Shown here: one piece after another, positions 18,763 to 28,010 of the stretch | Position numbering within the stretch: position 1 is the first letter of the stretch | Layout of the letters: every line of letters starts with the position of its first letter | Assembly: GCA_035293285.1 (NCBI GenBank) | Contig: DATDOM010000066.1 | Location: 20,249-84,248, forward strand | DNA: 64,000 nucleotides | Source of the DNA: Candidatus Nanoarchaeia archaeon | GTDB lineage: Archaea > Nanobdellota > Nanobdellia > Woesearchaeales > GW2011-AR4 | Direction: 5' to 3' | Notes under the pieces: model-generated | Told to the model about the DNA's origin: nothing | Database searches by the model: none | The model's input: the letters and a program-made list of their open reading frames with translations, nothing else | Position numbers and translations under genes: made by a program

Positions 18763-19143
18763 ATGGAGGTGATCTATATCGCAGAAATACAAAAGACATA
18801 CGGAATGATTTTAGGTGTAGTGTTAGTATTGGTTGGTATACTTGGATTTGTTCCAGGCGTTACAACTGATGGCTTGCTGCTAGGAATATTTGGTGTAAAC
18901 GCTGTAGAGAACGTGGTTCACCTGCTAGGTGGCGCTGCAATTCTATACTTTGTAAGCAAAGGAAGCGCAAAGACAACAAACATGTATCTAGGATACGTTG
19001 GACTTGCTTTGGCAGTCTTGGGATTTATACCAGGAGTCAGCGGATTGTTGCTTTCAATCTTTGGAATCAACATGGCAGCAACAGTATTGCATCTTGCAAT
19101 CGGGCTTGTCAGCCTTGGAGTTGCATACGGAGTAAAGGAATAA
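18763..19143 (+). CDS. small membrane protein, DUF4383-like
   Basis: Four TM spans. ILGFVPGV...GIFGVNAVENVVHLLGG pattern. Confidence 0.55.
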   Translation: MEVIYIAEIQKTYGMILGVVLVLVGILGFVPGVTTDGLLLGIFGVNAVENVVHLLGGAAILYFVSKGSAKTTNMYLGYVGLALAVLGFIPGVSGLLLSIFGINMAATVLHLAIGLVSLGVAYGVKE

Positions 19144-19206
19144 ATTTCCTTTATTTTTTCTTTCTTTTATTTTTTTATTTAACCATAAAGAACTACATCT
19201 AAGAAT

Positions 19207-19533
19207 ATGAAAAAAGACCAAAACAGCGGATTTTTCAGGCAAAACAGGAAAGGGCTTCTTATAGGATTCATATTTGGAGCAATAGTCGCGCCGTTTCTTG
19301 CAACATTCGGACTCATACTCCCTTTCTTTGAGGTAATCAGGCCAATATTAATTGGTCCAATGGATTTTATGGGGCATCTTATCCCAAACATCCAGACTGC
19401 ACCAGATACTTTTTATGCTCCATGGTACAAGTGGGTCTTGACCCTTGGCTTTAACGGAATCTGCTATGCATTACTTGGAGGGTTAATTCAGGCATTCACA
19501 AGAAAAAGCGACAAGCATCCTTATCTAAAATGA
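19207..19533 (+). CDS. small membrane protein (108 aa)
   Basis: Hydrophobic ORF. Its stop overlaps the start of the next ORF (ATGA at 19530-19533). Confidence 0.5.
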   Translation: MKKDQNSGFFRQNRKGLLIGFIFGAIVAPFLATFGLILPFFEVIRPILIGPMDFMGHLIPNIQTAPDTFYAPWYKWVLTLGFNGICYALLGGLIQAFTRKSDKHPYLK

Positions 19534-19760
19534 AAATCAAAAAGGCACCAAAGGTCAAAGCACTGGAAATTATAGGTACAATAATACTGTTTTTTGGAAT
19601 CTTGTTTGCTTTTTTGCCGCATGCATGGCACGATGCGATTCTTCAGGAAGAGGTTGGAGTGTCCCACTTTACACATACAATTTATGGCATCCTGGCTGCG
19701 ATTGTTGGATTGGGAATTTTGATTTGGAGCAATAAAATTCCTAAAGGGACTAAAAATTAG
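19530..19760 (+). CDS. small membrane protein (76 aa)
   Basis: Two TM spans, coupled to the preceding ORF. Confidence 0.45.
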   Translation: MKIKKAPKVKALEIIGTIILFFGILFAFLPHAWHDAILQEEVGVSHFTHTIYGILAAIVGLGILIWSNKIPKGTKN

Positions 19761-19806
19761 ATTTTTGTGATTTGACTGTGTTCTGGTTAAACCCCTTACG
19801 CCATAA

Positions 19807-19985
19807 TTACGCCTCGCCATTTGCTCGGCATACATGGGATTATCAACCTTGCAAAATTCGCCCCATTTGGGGAAGGTTAATATCTTACTTCGCAAGATTT
19901 CAAATCAAGGAAGAATTTACCCGCAATGCAACGGGTTGTGATAAAATAAATGCGGCCCAATGCAGGCCGCCTATCTATGCGGAGC
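19807..19985 (+). repeat. GC-hairpin mosaic repeat, copy 2 (modules A-B-F)
   Basis: TTACGCCTCGCCATTTGCTCGGCATACAT ... TTCGCCCCATTTGGGG ... CCCGCAATGCAACGGG ... GCGGCCCAATGCAGGCCGCCTATCTATGCGGAGC. Confidence 0.75.
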
Positions 19986-20058
19986 TGATTTAAGTTGAAA
20001 GTTAAACTCAAAGCTTTCAAACAAAAACCTTTAAATCAACCAATCCAAACCCATAGTT

Positions 20059-20682
20059 ATGCTTTGGGTTATAGCAGTTGTCCTGTTTTTTGTCATTATT
20101 GTAATACTTTTCCTGCTTAATTTCTACAGAGACCCTGAAAGGCAGGTTCCGAAAGGAAACAACATAGTTTCGCCGGCTGACGGAAGGGTAATCAGCATAA
20201 TTGACACTTCAAAAGGCAGTGTGAAAGTAAGCAAGGGGTATTTTGGCAAAATAAGGACACTCACAAAAGACATTGCAAAAGAAACATACGTAATCTCAAT
20301 TTTTATGTCCCCTTTGGACGCACACAAAAACAGGTCGCCGATTGAAGGCAAGATTGTTTCAATGAATCATACCAAAGGAAGATTCTTTAAAGCATATGAC
20401 TTGGAAAAAAGCCTGGAAAACGAAAAAAACGAGATAATAATACAAAACAAGGCAATGAAAATCAAGGTAATCCAGATTGCAGGTTTTCTTGCAAGAAGGA
20501 TTATACTTTACGTGAAAGTCAATGAAAAGGTTAATAAAGGACAGAAAATAGGCATGATAACTCTTGGAAGCCAGGCTACTTTGATAATTCCAAAGAAATT
20601 GGTTGAGTTAAGAGTCAGGCTTAATGACAAGGTCAGGGCAGGGGAATCGATAATCGCAGAAATTGGGGTGCAGGATGAATAA
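20059..20682 (+). CDS. psd: phosphatidyl/archaetidylserine decarboxylase proenzyme (short form)
   Basis: 207 aa. N-terminal TM, FYRDPER, SPADG, FMSPLDAH.NR.P..G and a G-S self-cleavage-type site (ITLGSQATL). Confidence 0.8.
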   Translation: MLWVIAVVLFFVIIVILFLLNFYRDPERQVPKGNNIVSPADGRVISIIDTSKGSVKVSKGYFGKIRTLTKDIAKETYVISIFMSPLDAHKNRSPIEGKIVSMNHTKGRFFKAYDLEKSLENEKNEIIIQNKAMKIKVIQIAGFLARRIILYVKVNEKVNKGQKIGMITLGSQATLIIPKKLVELRVRLNDKVRAGESIIAEIGVQDE

Positions 20683-21232
20683 TTCACTTATGTTTTTCCA
20701 GAGTTTCATGAAAAATCCAAAGGAGATTGGGGCAATAGCTCCGAGCTCAAAATTTCTAACTGAAGAAATAATGAAGCAGATTGACTTTGAAGAAGCAAAG
20801 ATTATTGTCGAGCTTGGGCCAGGCTCAGGCGCTTTTACGAAGGAGATTGTAAAAAGGCTTGGAAGCGATGCCAGGCTTATCTGCTTTGAAGTCAATAAAA
20901 AATTCTGCTCCCATATAATAAGGTCAATGGATGATGAAAGGGTGACTGTAGTAAACGCTGGGGCAGAAAAAATGCAGGACTACCTGAAAAAACTCGGAAT
21001 TGAGGAGGCAGATTACATAGTTTCAGGCCTGCCTTTCAGGAATTTTCCAATTCCAAAAAAGAAGAAGATACTGGACAGCGCCTCCAAATCGCTCACTGAA
21101 GGCGGAAAATTCGTGCTTTTTCAGTATACCAACAGCCTTGGAGAATTGCTCGCAAAATATTTTGCAAAGGTTGAAAGAAAATTTGTTGCCTTAAACGTTC
21201 CGCCTTCTTTTGTTTACAGCTGCGGGAAGTAG
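20675..21232 (+). CDS. class I SAM methyltransferase, COG3963 phospholipid N-methyltransferase-like
   Basis: FFQSFMKNPKEIGAIAPSSKFL, VELGPGSGAFT, IVSGLPF and FVLFQYT match the Rhodobacter-type PmtA pattern. The ATG at 20675 overlaps the psd stop. Confidence 0.7.
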   Translation: MNNSLMFFQSFMKNPKEIGAIAPSSKFLTEEIMKQIDFEEAKIIVELGPGSGAFTKEIVKRLGSDARLICFEVNKKFCSHIIRSMDDERVTVVNAGAEKMQDYLKKLGIEEADYIVSGLPFRNFPIPKKKKILDSASKSLTEGGKFVLFQYTNSLGELLAKYFAKVERKFVALNVPPSFVYSCGK

Positions 21233-21236
21233 CCAA

Positions 21237-22313
21237 ATGAACCTAAGGATAAGAAGGGAAAGAATTTACTATACTGTAACCTGGCTTCGGTGCCTTTTAG
21301 CTGCAATTGTTGCGGTTTCCGTCTTTGTCAACAGAAAGAACATAGCCCTGTTTTTCTTCATTTTTACTGCACTGCTCGGATTTTTTGAGAATTTTATCTC
21401 AAGAAAGCACCCGTCACAGCTTCGGGCAGTGATAGACTTTTTTGCAGACAAGATGCTTGTCAATTTTACGGCAATAGTGCTTGCAATAAAAGGGATTATT
21501 CCATTTTGGGTTGCGCTTATTTTCCTTGCACGCGACCTTTTGACAATACTGATAGGAACTTATCTGCTTTACAAGGACTTAAGGAAGGAATTCAAGCCGA
21601 CAGTGCTTGGAAAAGTCAGCTACTTTTTCCAGCTTATGGCACTCATCTCCCCCATCATAGCCAAAGAAATAGACTGGGTATTGATGACTGCCGCAATTTC
21701 ACTCACCATTGTTTCCGGAGTGTACTCCCTTTTCAAGTCTGAGTTTAGGCTAATAAGAAGCAAAAGAACATCAGACCTTGATGATTTTCGGATTACGAGG
21801 CTTTTGAAGCTTGCAGATTTTTTCACGCTCGCAAGCGTTGCTCTTGGAATGATAAGCATAGTGCTTGCAATAGGCAACCGCTTCAATGATGCTGCGATTG
21901 CGCTCTTGGTTGCAGTTGTGTTTGACTATCTGGATGGGAAGGTTGCAAAATCAATGCACCAGCAGAATAGTTTCGGAAAGGAGCTTGATTCACTTGCCGA
22001 CACTGTTGCTTTTGGAGTGGCGCCTGCAATTTTTGGATTCAGCCTGATGCAGGACGCCTCAAGATTCAGCAATCTACAGGTTTCATTTGGAATAATAGCT
22101 TTCACGATTTTTCTTTTCTGCGGAATTCTCAGGCTTGCAAGGTACAACATTATGGACTTCAAGGGGGCTTATCAGGGAATGCCTATAACCCTAAACGGGA
22201 TAATAATCCCGATTGCATATTTTGCCAAAGTGCCGCTTGGATATTACCCGTATATTTTTCTTGCACTCGGAATTCTGATGATTTCTGCAATAAAGATAAA
22301 GAAGATATTTTGA
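21237..22313 (+). CDS. pssA: CDP-alcohol phosphatidyltransferase, archaetidylserine synthase-like, with a degenerate N-terminal duplicate half
   Basis: The C-terminal half has DYLDGKVAK-x8-GKELDSLADTVAF (D-G-x2-A-[RK]..G-x3-D-x3-D). The N-terminal half keeps only VIDFFADK. Confidence 0.7.
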   Translation: MNLRIRRERIYYTVTWLRCLLAAIVAVSVFVNRKNIALFFFIFTALLGFFENFISRKHPSQLRAVIDFFADKMLVNFTAIVLAIKGIIPFWVALIFLARDLLTILIGTYLLYKDLRKEFKPTVLGKVSYFFQLMALISPIIAKEIDWVLMTAAISLTIVSGVYSLFKSEFRLIRSKRTSDLDDFRITRLLKLADFFTLASVALGMISIVLAIGNRFNDAAIALLVAVVFDYLDGKVAKSMHQQNSFGKELDSLADTVAFGVAPAIFGFSLMQDASRFSNLQVSFGIIAFTIFLFCGILRLARYNIMDFKGAYQGMPITLNGIIIPIAYFAKVPLGYYPYIFLALGILMISAIKIKKIF

Positions 22314-22385
22314 ATTTGTTTTTATTTGGTATTAGGGTTTTTTAAATTATATAGATTATTTTTGACTGAATGTTTTCTAAAATCC

Positions 22386-22559
22386 GCTCCGCGATAGATA
22401 GGCGGCCTGCATTGGGCCGCATTTATTACTCACAAACCGCTGCATTACGGGAGTTGCTTCTTTGATTTAAATTCTTACGAGATAAAGTATTGACTTTCGC
22501 CCAAATGAAGGCGAATGTGCGGATTGCTAACAATGTATGCCGAGCTGATGGCGAGGCCT
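22386..22559 (-). repeat. GC-hairpin mosaic repeat, copy 3 (modules A-B-F, inverted)
   Basis: The reverse complement aligns module by module with copy 2: GCTCCGCGATAGATAGGCGGCCTGCATTGGGCCGC ... ATGCCGAGCTGATGGCGAGGCCT. Confidence 0.75.
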
Positions 22560-22627
22560 AGATTGAGTAAGGATTTAAGAGTTATTTAGTAAAGAAAAAT
22601 AAAATCAAAGACAAAAGTAATTTAAAA

Positions 22628-23686
22628 TCAACCAATCTTATGCTTTATGCTCCAGGCCTTGAAAACATAGACTGCCATTGTGGCATAAACCATCACAAGT
22701 ATTGCCTTAAGCAGATAATCTGTGACAATCTCAAAGAATTCTATGTGAAAGGTTATCTTTAGGAGTATTATTATGAGCGTGGTGTAAGTGAGAGCAACAC
22801 TTAGCCTTGCAATCAAAGTAACAGGCACCGTCTTTTTCTTCCTTGCATAGAACATTTTCATTGCCCCGCTTACAAGCGGAGGTATCACAATAAGCACAAC
22901 CCAGCTTTTGTTTATGAAACCCTGAAGAAAAAGAAGTGAAAATGAGACTATTATCACGGTCCAGTCCGTAAATGAGTCAAGGCCCGAGCCAAGCTCGGTC
23001 TTTTGGTCCATCAGACGCGCTGAGATTCCGTCAAGCTTGTCGCTTAGAGTTATTACTGAAAAAATTATGAGAGCTATAAGGTGCTTGGAATTTACAATAT
23101 AATAAGCAAACGGGAAGATAAGCAAAAGCCGTGTAATTGTTATAAGGTTTGGAATATTTACAACTTTATAACCCGTCAGCTTCCTGATTTTTATGAGGTA
23201 GTCTATTCCTGAAACTACTGTAAGGAAAACTGCTATGAGCATTAGATAATACCCTGCCTTGAGGTCAAGAAGCACAAAAACAATGCCTATGCTTTGAAAA
23301 ACAGTCTTAAGTTTCCCTATGTTTCCTGCAGGGACAACGAGCTTGCTTGGCAAAAGATAAATCCTTATTGCAGTAAGTATCATCTCCCTGGAAATTATCA
23401 CTACTGCAATCCACAAGTCAAGCCCCCGGATTACGAGAAAAATCAGCGCTGTTGATATAAGCAGCTTGTCTGCTATCGGGTCAATTAGCTTTCCAAAATC
23501 AGTTACCTGCTTTTTCTTCCTTGCAATGTAGCCATCGAAAAAGTCAGAAACTGACAAAAGCACGAAGATTATTGCAGAAAATATGTTCTTGTGGGGAATT
23601 TTGGCAAGCAGAACTACGGCAAAAAGAGGAACCAAAGCAATCCTTATCAGAGTAATCCTGTTGGGAACATTAAATTTAAACTCCAT
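22628..23686 (-). CDS. tandem fusion of two CDP-alcohol phosphatidyltransferase domains
   Basis: 352 aa with two complete signatures: SDFFDGYIARKKKQVTDFGKLIDPIADKL and LSDKLDGISARLMDQKTELGSGLDSFTDW. Confidence 0.8.
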   Translation of the reverse strand: MEFKFNVPNRITLIRIALVPLFAVVLLAKIPHKNIFSAIIFVLLSVSDFFDGYIARKKKQVTDFGKLIDPIADKLLISTALIFLVIRGLDLWIAVVIISREMILTAIRIYLLPSKLVVPAGNIGKLKTVFQSIGIVFVLLDLKAGYYLMLIAVFLTVVSGIDYLIKIRKLTGYKVVNIPNLITITRLLLIFPFAYYIVNSKHLIALIIFSVITLSDKLDGISARLMDQKTELGSGLDSFTDWTVIIVSFSLLFLQGFINKSWVVLIVIPPLVSGAMKMFYARKKKTVPVTLIARLSVALTYTTLIIILLKITFHIEFFEIVTDYLLKAILVMVYATMAVYVFKAWSIKHKIG

Positions 23687-23751
23687 GGTTTCATAAGATT
23701 TATAACTGCTTATATAATTTTCGCTGAATATAAGTTAAATAAAATAGCAGG

Positions 23752-24050
23752 GATTCAAACACGGGTTTTGTTAAAAATTTAAAAATTGTATTTTAATAAG
23801 ATTTCAGGAATAGTTACGCCTCGCCATTTCGCTCGGCATACATGGATTATCAAATCCGCACACTCGCCCCATTTTGGGCGAAAATTTATCCGTGGGACTT
23901 CAAGTCCCACTTGATTCGCCGTTAACTCGCGCAACGGTTATCGGTGTTCATCCACGCCACGTAAAATTATTGAAATATTACGAGGCAAAATTTTACTGGA
24001 AACAAAAAATTTGCCGAGCGAAACTAGGGTTGGCTCAAGACAACGGATTT
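23752..24050 (+). repeat. GC-hairpin mosaic repeat, copy 4 (leader-A-B-C-D-E)
   Basis: Aligns with copy 6 over a ~65-nt AT-rich leader plus modules A-E. Contains the hairpin GTGGGACTTCAAGTCCCAC at 23892-23910. Confidence 0.75.
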
Positions 24051-24074
24051 AAGATTTGAATTTTAGAAATTAAA

Positions 24075-24713
24075 ATGAAAAAATACGATTTACACGTCCA
24101 CACTCACTATTCCAGATGCAGCAACCTTGAGCCAAAAACAATTCTAAGGATAGCCAAGAAAAAAGGGCTTGACGGCATAGCAATAACCGACCATCACGAG
24201 ATAAAAGGGGCTTTGGAAGTAAAAAAATTAAACAAAGACAAGAATTTCGAAGTAATAGTTGGAGAAGAAATAAGCTCAACTTATGGAGATGTTCTGGTTT
24301 ATTACCTCAAGAAAAAAATAAATGAGATTGATTTTTACAAGGTAGTTGACGAGGCAAGAAAGCAAAATGCACTTGTTGTCTTGCCGCACCCATTCAGAAG
24401 GACCCTGATAAATGACCACAAGTTCCAGGTCCCGATTGAAAAAGTAAAAGGCAAGATTGATGCAGTTGAGTGCTTTAATGCGCGCCTCTTGTTTCCAGGC
24501 GACAACAAGAAAGCGGATATTGTTGCCGACAGGCTTAATATTGCAAAAACCGGCGGCTCTGATTCACACTTTTTTTTCGAAATCGGGACGGCAAAGACTG
24601 TTTTTGAAGGCGACTTGAGAACTGCAATAAAGAAGAAAGAAACAAAAGCAGAAGGCAGGATAAGGCTTGGGGCTTTTGGCGGGGCGCTTAGCTATATCAG
24701 AAAGAAGTTTTGA
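24075..24713 (+). CDS. PHP-domain metal-dependent phosphoesterase
   Basis: YDLHVHTHYSRCS, GLDGIAITDHH, LPHPF and GGSDSH motifs. Confidence 0.8.
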   Translation: MKKYDLHVHTHYSRCSNLEPKTILRIAKKKGLDGIAITDHHEIKGALEVKKLNKDKNFEVIVGEEISSTYGDVLVYYLKKKINEIDFYKVVDEARKQNALVVLPHPFRRTLINDHKFQVPIEKVKGKIDAVECFNARLLFPGDNKKADIVADRLNIAKTGGSDSHFFFEIGTAKTVFEGDLRTAIKKKETKAEGRIRLGAFGGALSYIRKKF

Positions 24714-24730
24714 GATTTAATTTTGATTTA

Positions 24731-25177
24731 TCAAAAGAATTCTTGAAGGTACATACTATGAGGGAAGATGAATATGTGCACTGTGAGCCATAAAATGGAT
24801 AATACCCGGGCTGGAACTACAAATTTTGGATATTTTAAAGATAAGTAATATCCAAGGACCAGCATCAATGGGTCAGCTATAAGCCTATTAGGCCACGACT
24901 CCACCCCCTGAAACCAATACTTTATTTTTTCTCCAAGCAATCCTGATTCAAGATAGTGCTCTATGGCTTCCCAGAGGTAGCCTAAAAAAAGAACTCCGAC
25001 GAGATCGAATCTTATTGCGCTTTTATGGGAGTGCGGCGCATTTTTGTGTATCCTTAAGATGTGCTTTCTGTTATCTTTTTTTACTGCATGACCAATTGAA
25101 ATTCCACTCAAGATATGCTCAAATGTCCAAAAATCAAAAATCGCTACGGTTTTTAGTCCCCACAAGTATCCCAGCAT
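24731..25177 (-). CDS. integral membrane protein (148 aa)
   Basis: Four hydrophobic spans, no family recognised. Confidence 0.5.
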   Translation of the reverse strand: MLGYLWGLKTVAIFDFWTFEHILSGISIGHAVKKDNRKHILRIHKNAPHSHKSAIRFDLVGVLFLGYLWEAIEHYLESGLLGEKIKYWFQGVESWPNRLIADPLMLVLGYYLSLKYPKFVVPARVLSILWLTVHIFIFPHSMYLQEFF

Positions 25178-25308
25178 AAAAAAAAATTATTCGGGGTGTT
25201 TATAAATATTTACTTCAAATCTGCATTGCAAAAACATGGGCTTAGAGTGAGTCTGGCTTAACGGCAAATTTAGAAAACATTAAATACTGGAATAAAGCAG
25301 ATTTTTAG

Positions 25309-26148
25309 ATGACTCACCTTAAAAGGAATATTGGAAACAAAAAAATATTGTTCTCCTATATCATTGTTTTTTTGATAGTTTTGTTTTTATCAGTCTATTA
25401 TTTTGACAAGATTAAACTTGTTTATTCTGACCCTGAGTCTGTAAAAAACTTCATCAACGGATTTGGGGCTTTGGCGCCCGTTGCCCTGATAATAGCCCAG
25501 GCAGCTCAGGTAGTAATCTTTGTAATCCCCGGTCCTGTTTTCACAGTTGCAGGCGGATATATTTTTGGAGTTTTTCTTGGAACAGTTTATTCTTTAATCG
25601 GGACTTTCATAGGCTCAATACTTGTTTTTTTTATTGCGAAAAGATTCGGCAGGCCGTTTATTGAAAAGATAATAAACAAAAAAGACCTTGAGCATTTTGA
25701 CTATTATTTCAAAAAGAAGGGCAAGACTGCGTTGTTTGTGACAAGGCTGATACCAATTCTTTTTCCAAATGATGTTGTGTCTTTTGCAGCAGGCCTCACG
25801 CCATTAAGCCTAAGGTCTTATGCAGTCATTTCGTTTTTTGGGTTTATACCAAACATCCTGGCCCTTAATTTTTTCGGAAATGCGCTTTCGCAGAATTTCA
25901 ATCCTTATTTGCCGATTATTCTTACATTAATCGGCTCTTCTGCGTTTTGTTATATAATCAGGCACAGGCTCAAGAAAGTATTTATTTATGAGGTAAGGGT
26001 TTGTGAAAATGAGCTTGCCTTGGTTGAAGAAAAGTCAATACGGGAGGTTAAATTTGTGAAAAAATATCTGATATGTGATTTCAAAAGAGTAAAAAATGAG
26101 ATGGGGCTTATCGAAAAAATTGTAATAAGCAAAAACCGGGGGGCCTGA
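25309..26148 (+). CDS. TVP38/TMEM64 (DedA/SNARE-associated) family membrane protein
   Basis: VIPGPVFTVAGGYIFG and RLIPILFPNDVVSFAAGLT motifs. Confidence 0.75.
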   Translation: MTHLKRNIGNKKILFSYIIVFLIVLFLSVYYFDKIKLVYSDPESVKNFINGFGALAPVALIIAQAAQVVIFVIPGPVFTVAGGYIFGVFLGTVYSLIGTFIGSILVFFIAKRFGRPFIEKIINKKDLEHFDYYFKKKGKTALFVTRLIPILFPNDVVSFAAGLTPLSLRSYAVISFFGFIPNILALNFFGNALSQNFNPYLPIILTLIGSSAFCYIIRHRLKKVFIYEVRVCENELALVEEKSIREVKFVKKYLICDFKRVKNEMGLIEKIVISKNRGA

Positions 26149-26948
26149 TGAAAAAATTAGGCATTGCTTTGGGCGGGGGCGGTTCAAGATGCTTTGCGCA
26201 TCTCGGAATGCTTGAAGAATTGCAAAGAAACAAAATTAAGATTGACTATATAGTTGCCTCAAGCACAGGCTCATTGATTGCAGCTCTTGTATCTAATGAA
26301 GTTCCAATTGAAAAAATCAAAGAAGAGTTCTATAAAACGACGACCAGGTTTAAATGGACGGTACCAAACGGCGCGACTACTTTAAGCCAGATGGCTGTAA
26401 AGAGTATTCTTAAAAACCTTTTAGAAAACAGGCTCATTGAAAAGTCAGCGATACCGGTTACATTTACAGGAACCAACATGAACAACGGAAATGAAGTCTT
26501 GCTTGAAAGTGGGGACATAATCAAGGCGGTTTGCGCATCCTGCGCACATCCGCTAGTAAACAGGCCAATAAGGTACGGAAGGCAGTTCATTGCGGACGGG
26601 GGCATACTTGATAATATTCCGTCATATATTTGCAGGCAAAAAGTCGGAAAAAACGGGATTGTACTCACTTCGTCACTTGGCGGCACTCTTGACCCTGAAA
26701 TCGGAAGGCTTAGCAAGATAAACATAATGTTCAGGGCATTTTACATACCACTGATTCACTTCAGGAAAATAATGGTTAACCAATATTCAGATATCATAAT
26801 TGAACCCCTTAGTGATATTAAATTTAACATAAAGGATTGGAGAAAAATAATGAACTTCCGTGATTTGGACGCCATGGAAGATTGCTACAAAAGAGGCCTT
26901 GAAGAAACAAGGCGAAAAATTCCAGTTATTAAAAAGATGCTAAGGTAA
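26148..26948 (+). CDS. patatin-like phospholipase
   Basis: GIALGGGGSRCFAHLGMLEEL, the nucleophile elbow ASSTGS, and ADGGILDNIP. Its start overlaps the upstream stop. Confidence 0.8.
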   Translation: MKKLGIALGGGGSRCFAHLGMLEELQRNKIKIDYIVASSTGSLIAALVSNEVPIEKIKEEFYKTTTRFKWTVPNGATTLSQMAVKSILKNLLENRLIEKSAIPVTFTGTNMNNGNEVLLESGDIIKAVCASCAHPLVNRPIRYGRQFIADGGILDNIPSYICRQKVGKNGIVLTSSLGGTLDPEIGRLSKINIMFRAFYIPLIHFRKIMVNQYSDIIIEPLSDIKFNIKDWRKIMNFRDLDAMEDCYKRGLEETRRKIPVIKKMLR

Positions 26949-26992
26949 CATATTCAAAAATTATTTAAACATATCATCAAATTTTTACTAAA

Positions 26993-27541
26993 ATGGAAGG
27001 GAATTTTGGATTTTTTCTTTTGAAGTGTTTTTACCTCATGCTGCCCGCCTATTTTGCAAATATGGCTCCCGTGATTGTAAGAAAAATAAATTTTCTTGCC
27101 CATCCCATTGACTTTAAAAAAAAATTCGGGAAAAAGCCCATCCTTGGAAAGAACAAGACTTTCAGGGGAGTTTTTTTCGGTATTTTGTTTGCAATCATAA
27201 TTGTTTATATCCAGTTTATTTTTGAGCAAAAAGGATTATTTCCAAACATCTATTTTTTTAGCTACAAAAACTGGATTTTGGCAGGACTGCTAATGGGAAG
27301 CGGGGCTTTGATTGGGGACCTTGTAAAAAGCTTCTTTAAAAGAAGAATCGGAATTGAGCCAGGCTCAAGGTGGGTTCCTTTTGACCAGACTGATTTTGTA
27401 ATCGGAGCGCTTTTTTTCTCGCTGTTTGCATTTGAAATCACTTTTCAGATTTTTGCAGTATGCATCCTTTTGAGCTTTGCGCTGCACATAGTTGTGAACC
27501 ATATTGCATTCTATACCAAAATAAGAAAAGAAAAGTGGTAG
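26993..27541 (+). CDS. carS: CDP-archaeol synthase
   Basis: 182 aa membrane protein. LPAYFANMAPV and KRRIGIEPGSRWVPFDQTDFVIGA are typical of CarS (DUF46). Confidence 0.8.
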   Translation: MEGNFGFFLLKCFYLMLPAYFANMAPVIVRKINFLAHPIDFKKKFGKKPILGKNKTFRGVFFGILFAIIIVYIQFIFEQKGLFPNIYFFSYKNWILAGLLMGSGALIGDLVKSFFKRRIGIEPGSRWVPFDQTDFVIGALFFSLFAFEITFQIFAVCILLSFALHIVVNHIAFYTKIRKEKW

Positions 27542-28009
27542 CTAAAGTAAGTATACTGAATTTGCCAAAATGAGGAATCCAAGATTATAAAAAAGTATTC
27601 TGAAGTGATTTTTTTCCTTTTGGCTGTAAAGTGAGCAGGAAGTCCCTATTCCAAAAAGAAAAACAAGGCTTGATTCTATCACGAGCAGGTTTGCATTTTT
27701 TGCGCTTAGGGAGAGTACTATCCCAAGAACAGCATAATTAAGCATTGACAGTTTGAACTTTTCGTTTGGTCTGTAATTTATGAATATCAAAAAACCAAAG
27801 TAGGCAAGCAGGACAAGAAAGCTAAAGATATTATTAAAGTAGTAAAACAACACAAATCCAAAAATGGCAAAAAGCAGGATTCTTTCAAAGATTTTCAGAT
27901 ACTTTCCAAGCGGTTTTTGCTCTTCAGGAGCAATTTTTACAAGAGCAATTCCTGCAGCTAATCCCAGGTATGAAATAAGCGAAACAAGAAAATAAGTTAT
28001 GAATTGCAT
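27542..28009 (-). CDS. integral membrane protein (155 aa)
   Basis: Hydrophobic ORF only. Confidence 0.45.
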   Translation of the reverse strand: MQFITYFLVSLISYLGLAAGIALVKIAPEEQKPLGKYLKIFERILLFAIFGFVLFYYFNNIFSFLVLLAYFGFLIFINYRPNEKFKLSMLNYAVLGIVLSLSAKNANLLVIESSLVFLFGIGTSCSLYSQKEKNHFRILFYNLGFLILANSVYLL

Positions 28010-28010
28010 A

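Noticed and set aside
19772-19993. Small ORFs lying on the mosaic repeats (19772-19993, 19521-19895, 23874-24059, 28886-29083, 56838-57026, 56901-57170).
   Set aside because: Homologous repeat DNA is read in different frames in different copies. For example, CCGTGGGACTT is translated as S-V-G-L in copy 4 but P-W-D-F in copy 6. The copies also differ by indels. The conservation is at hairpin level, not protein level.
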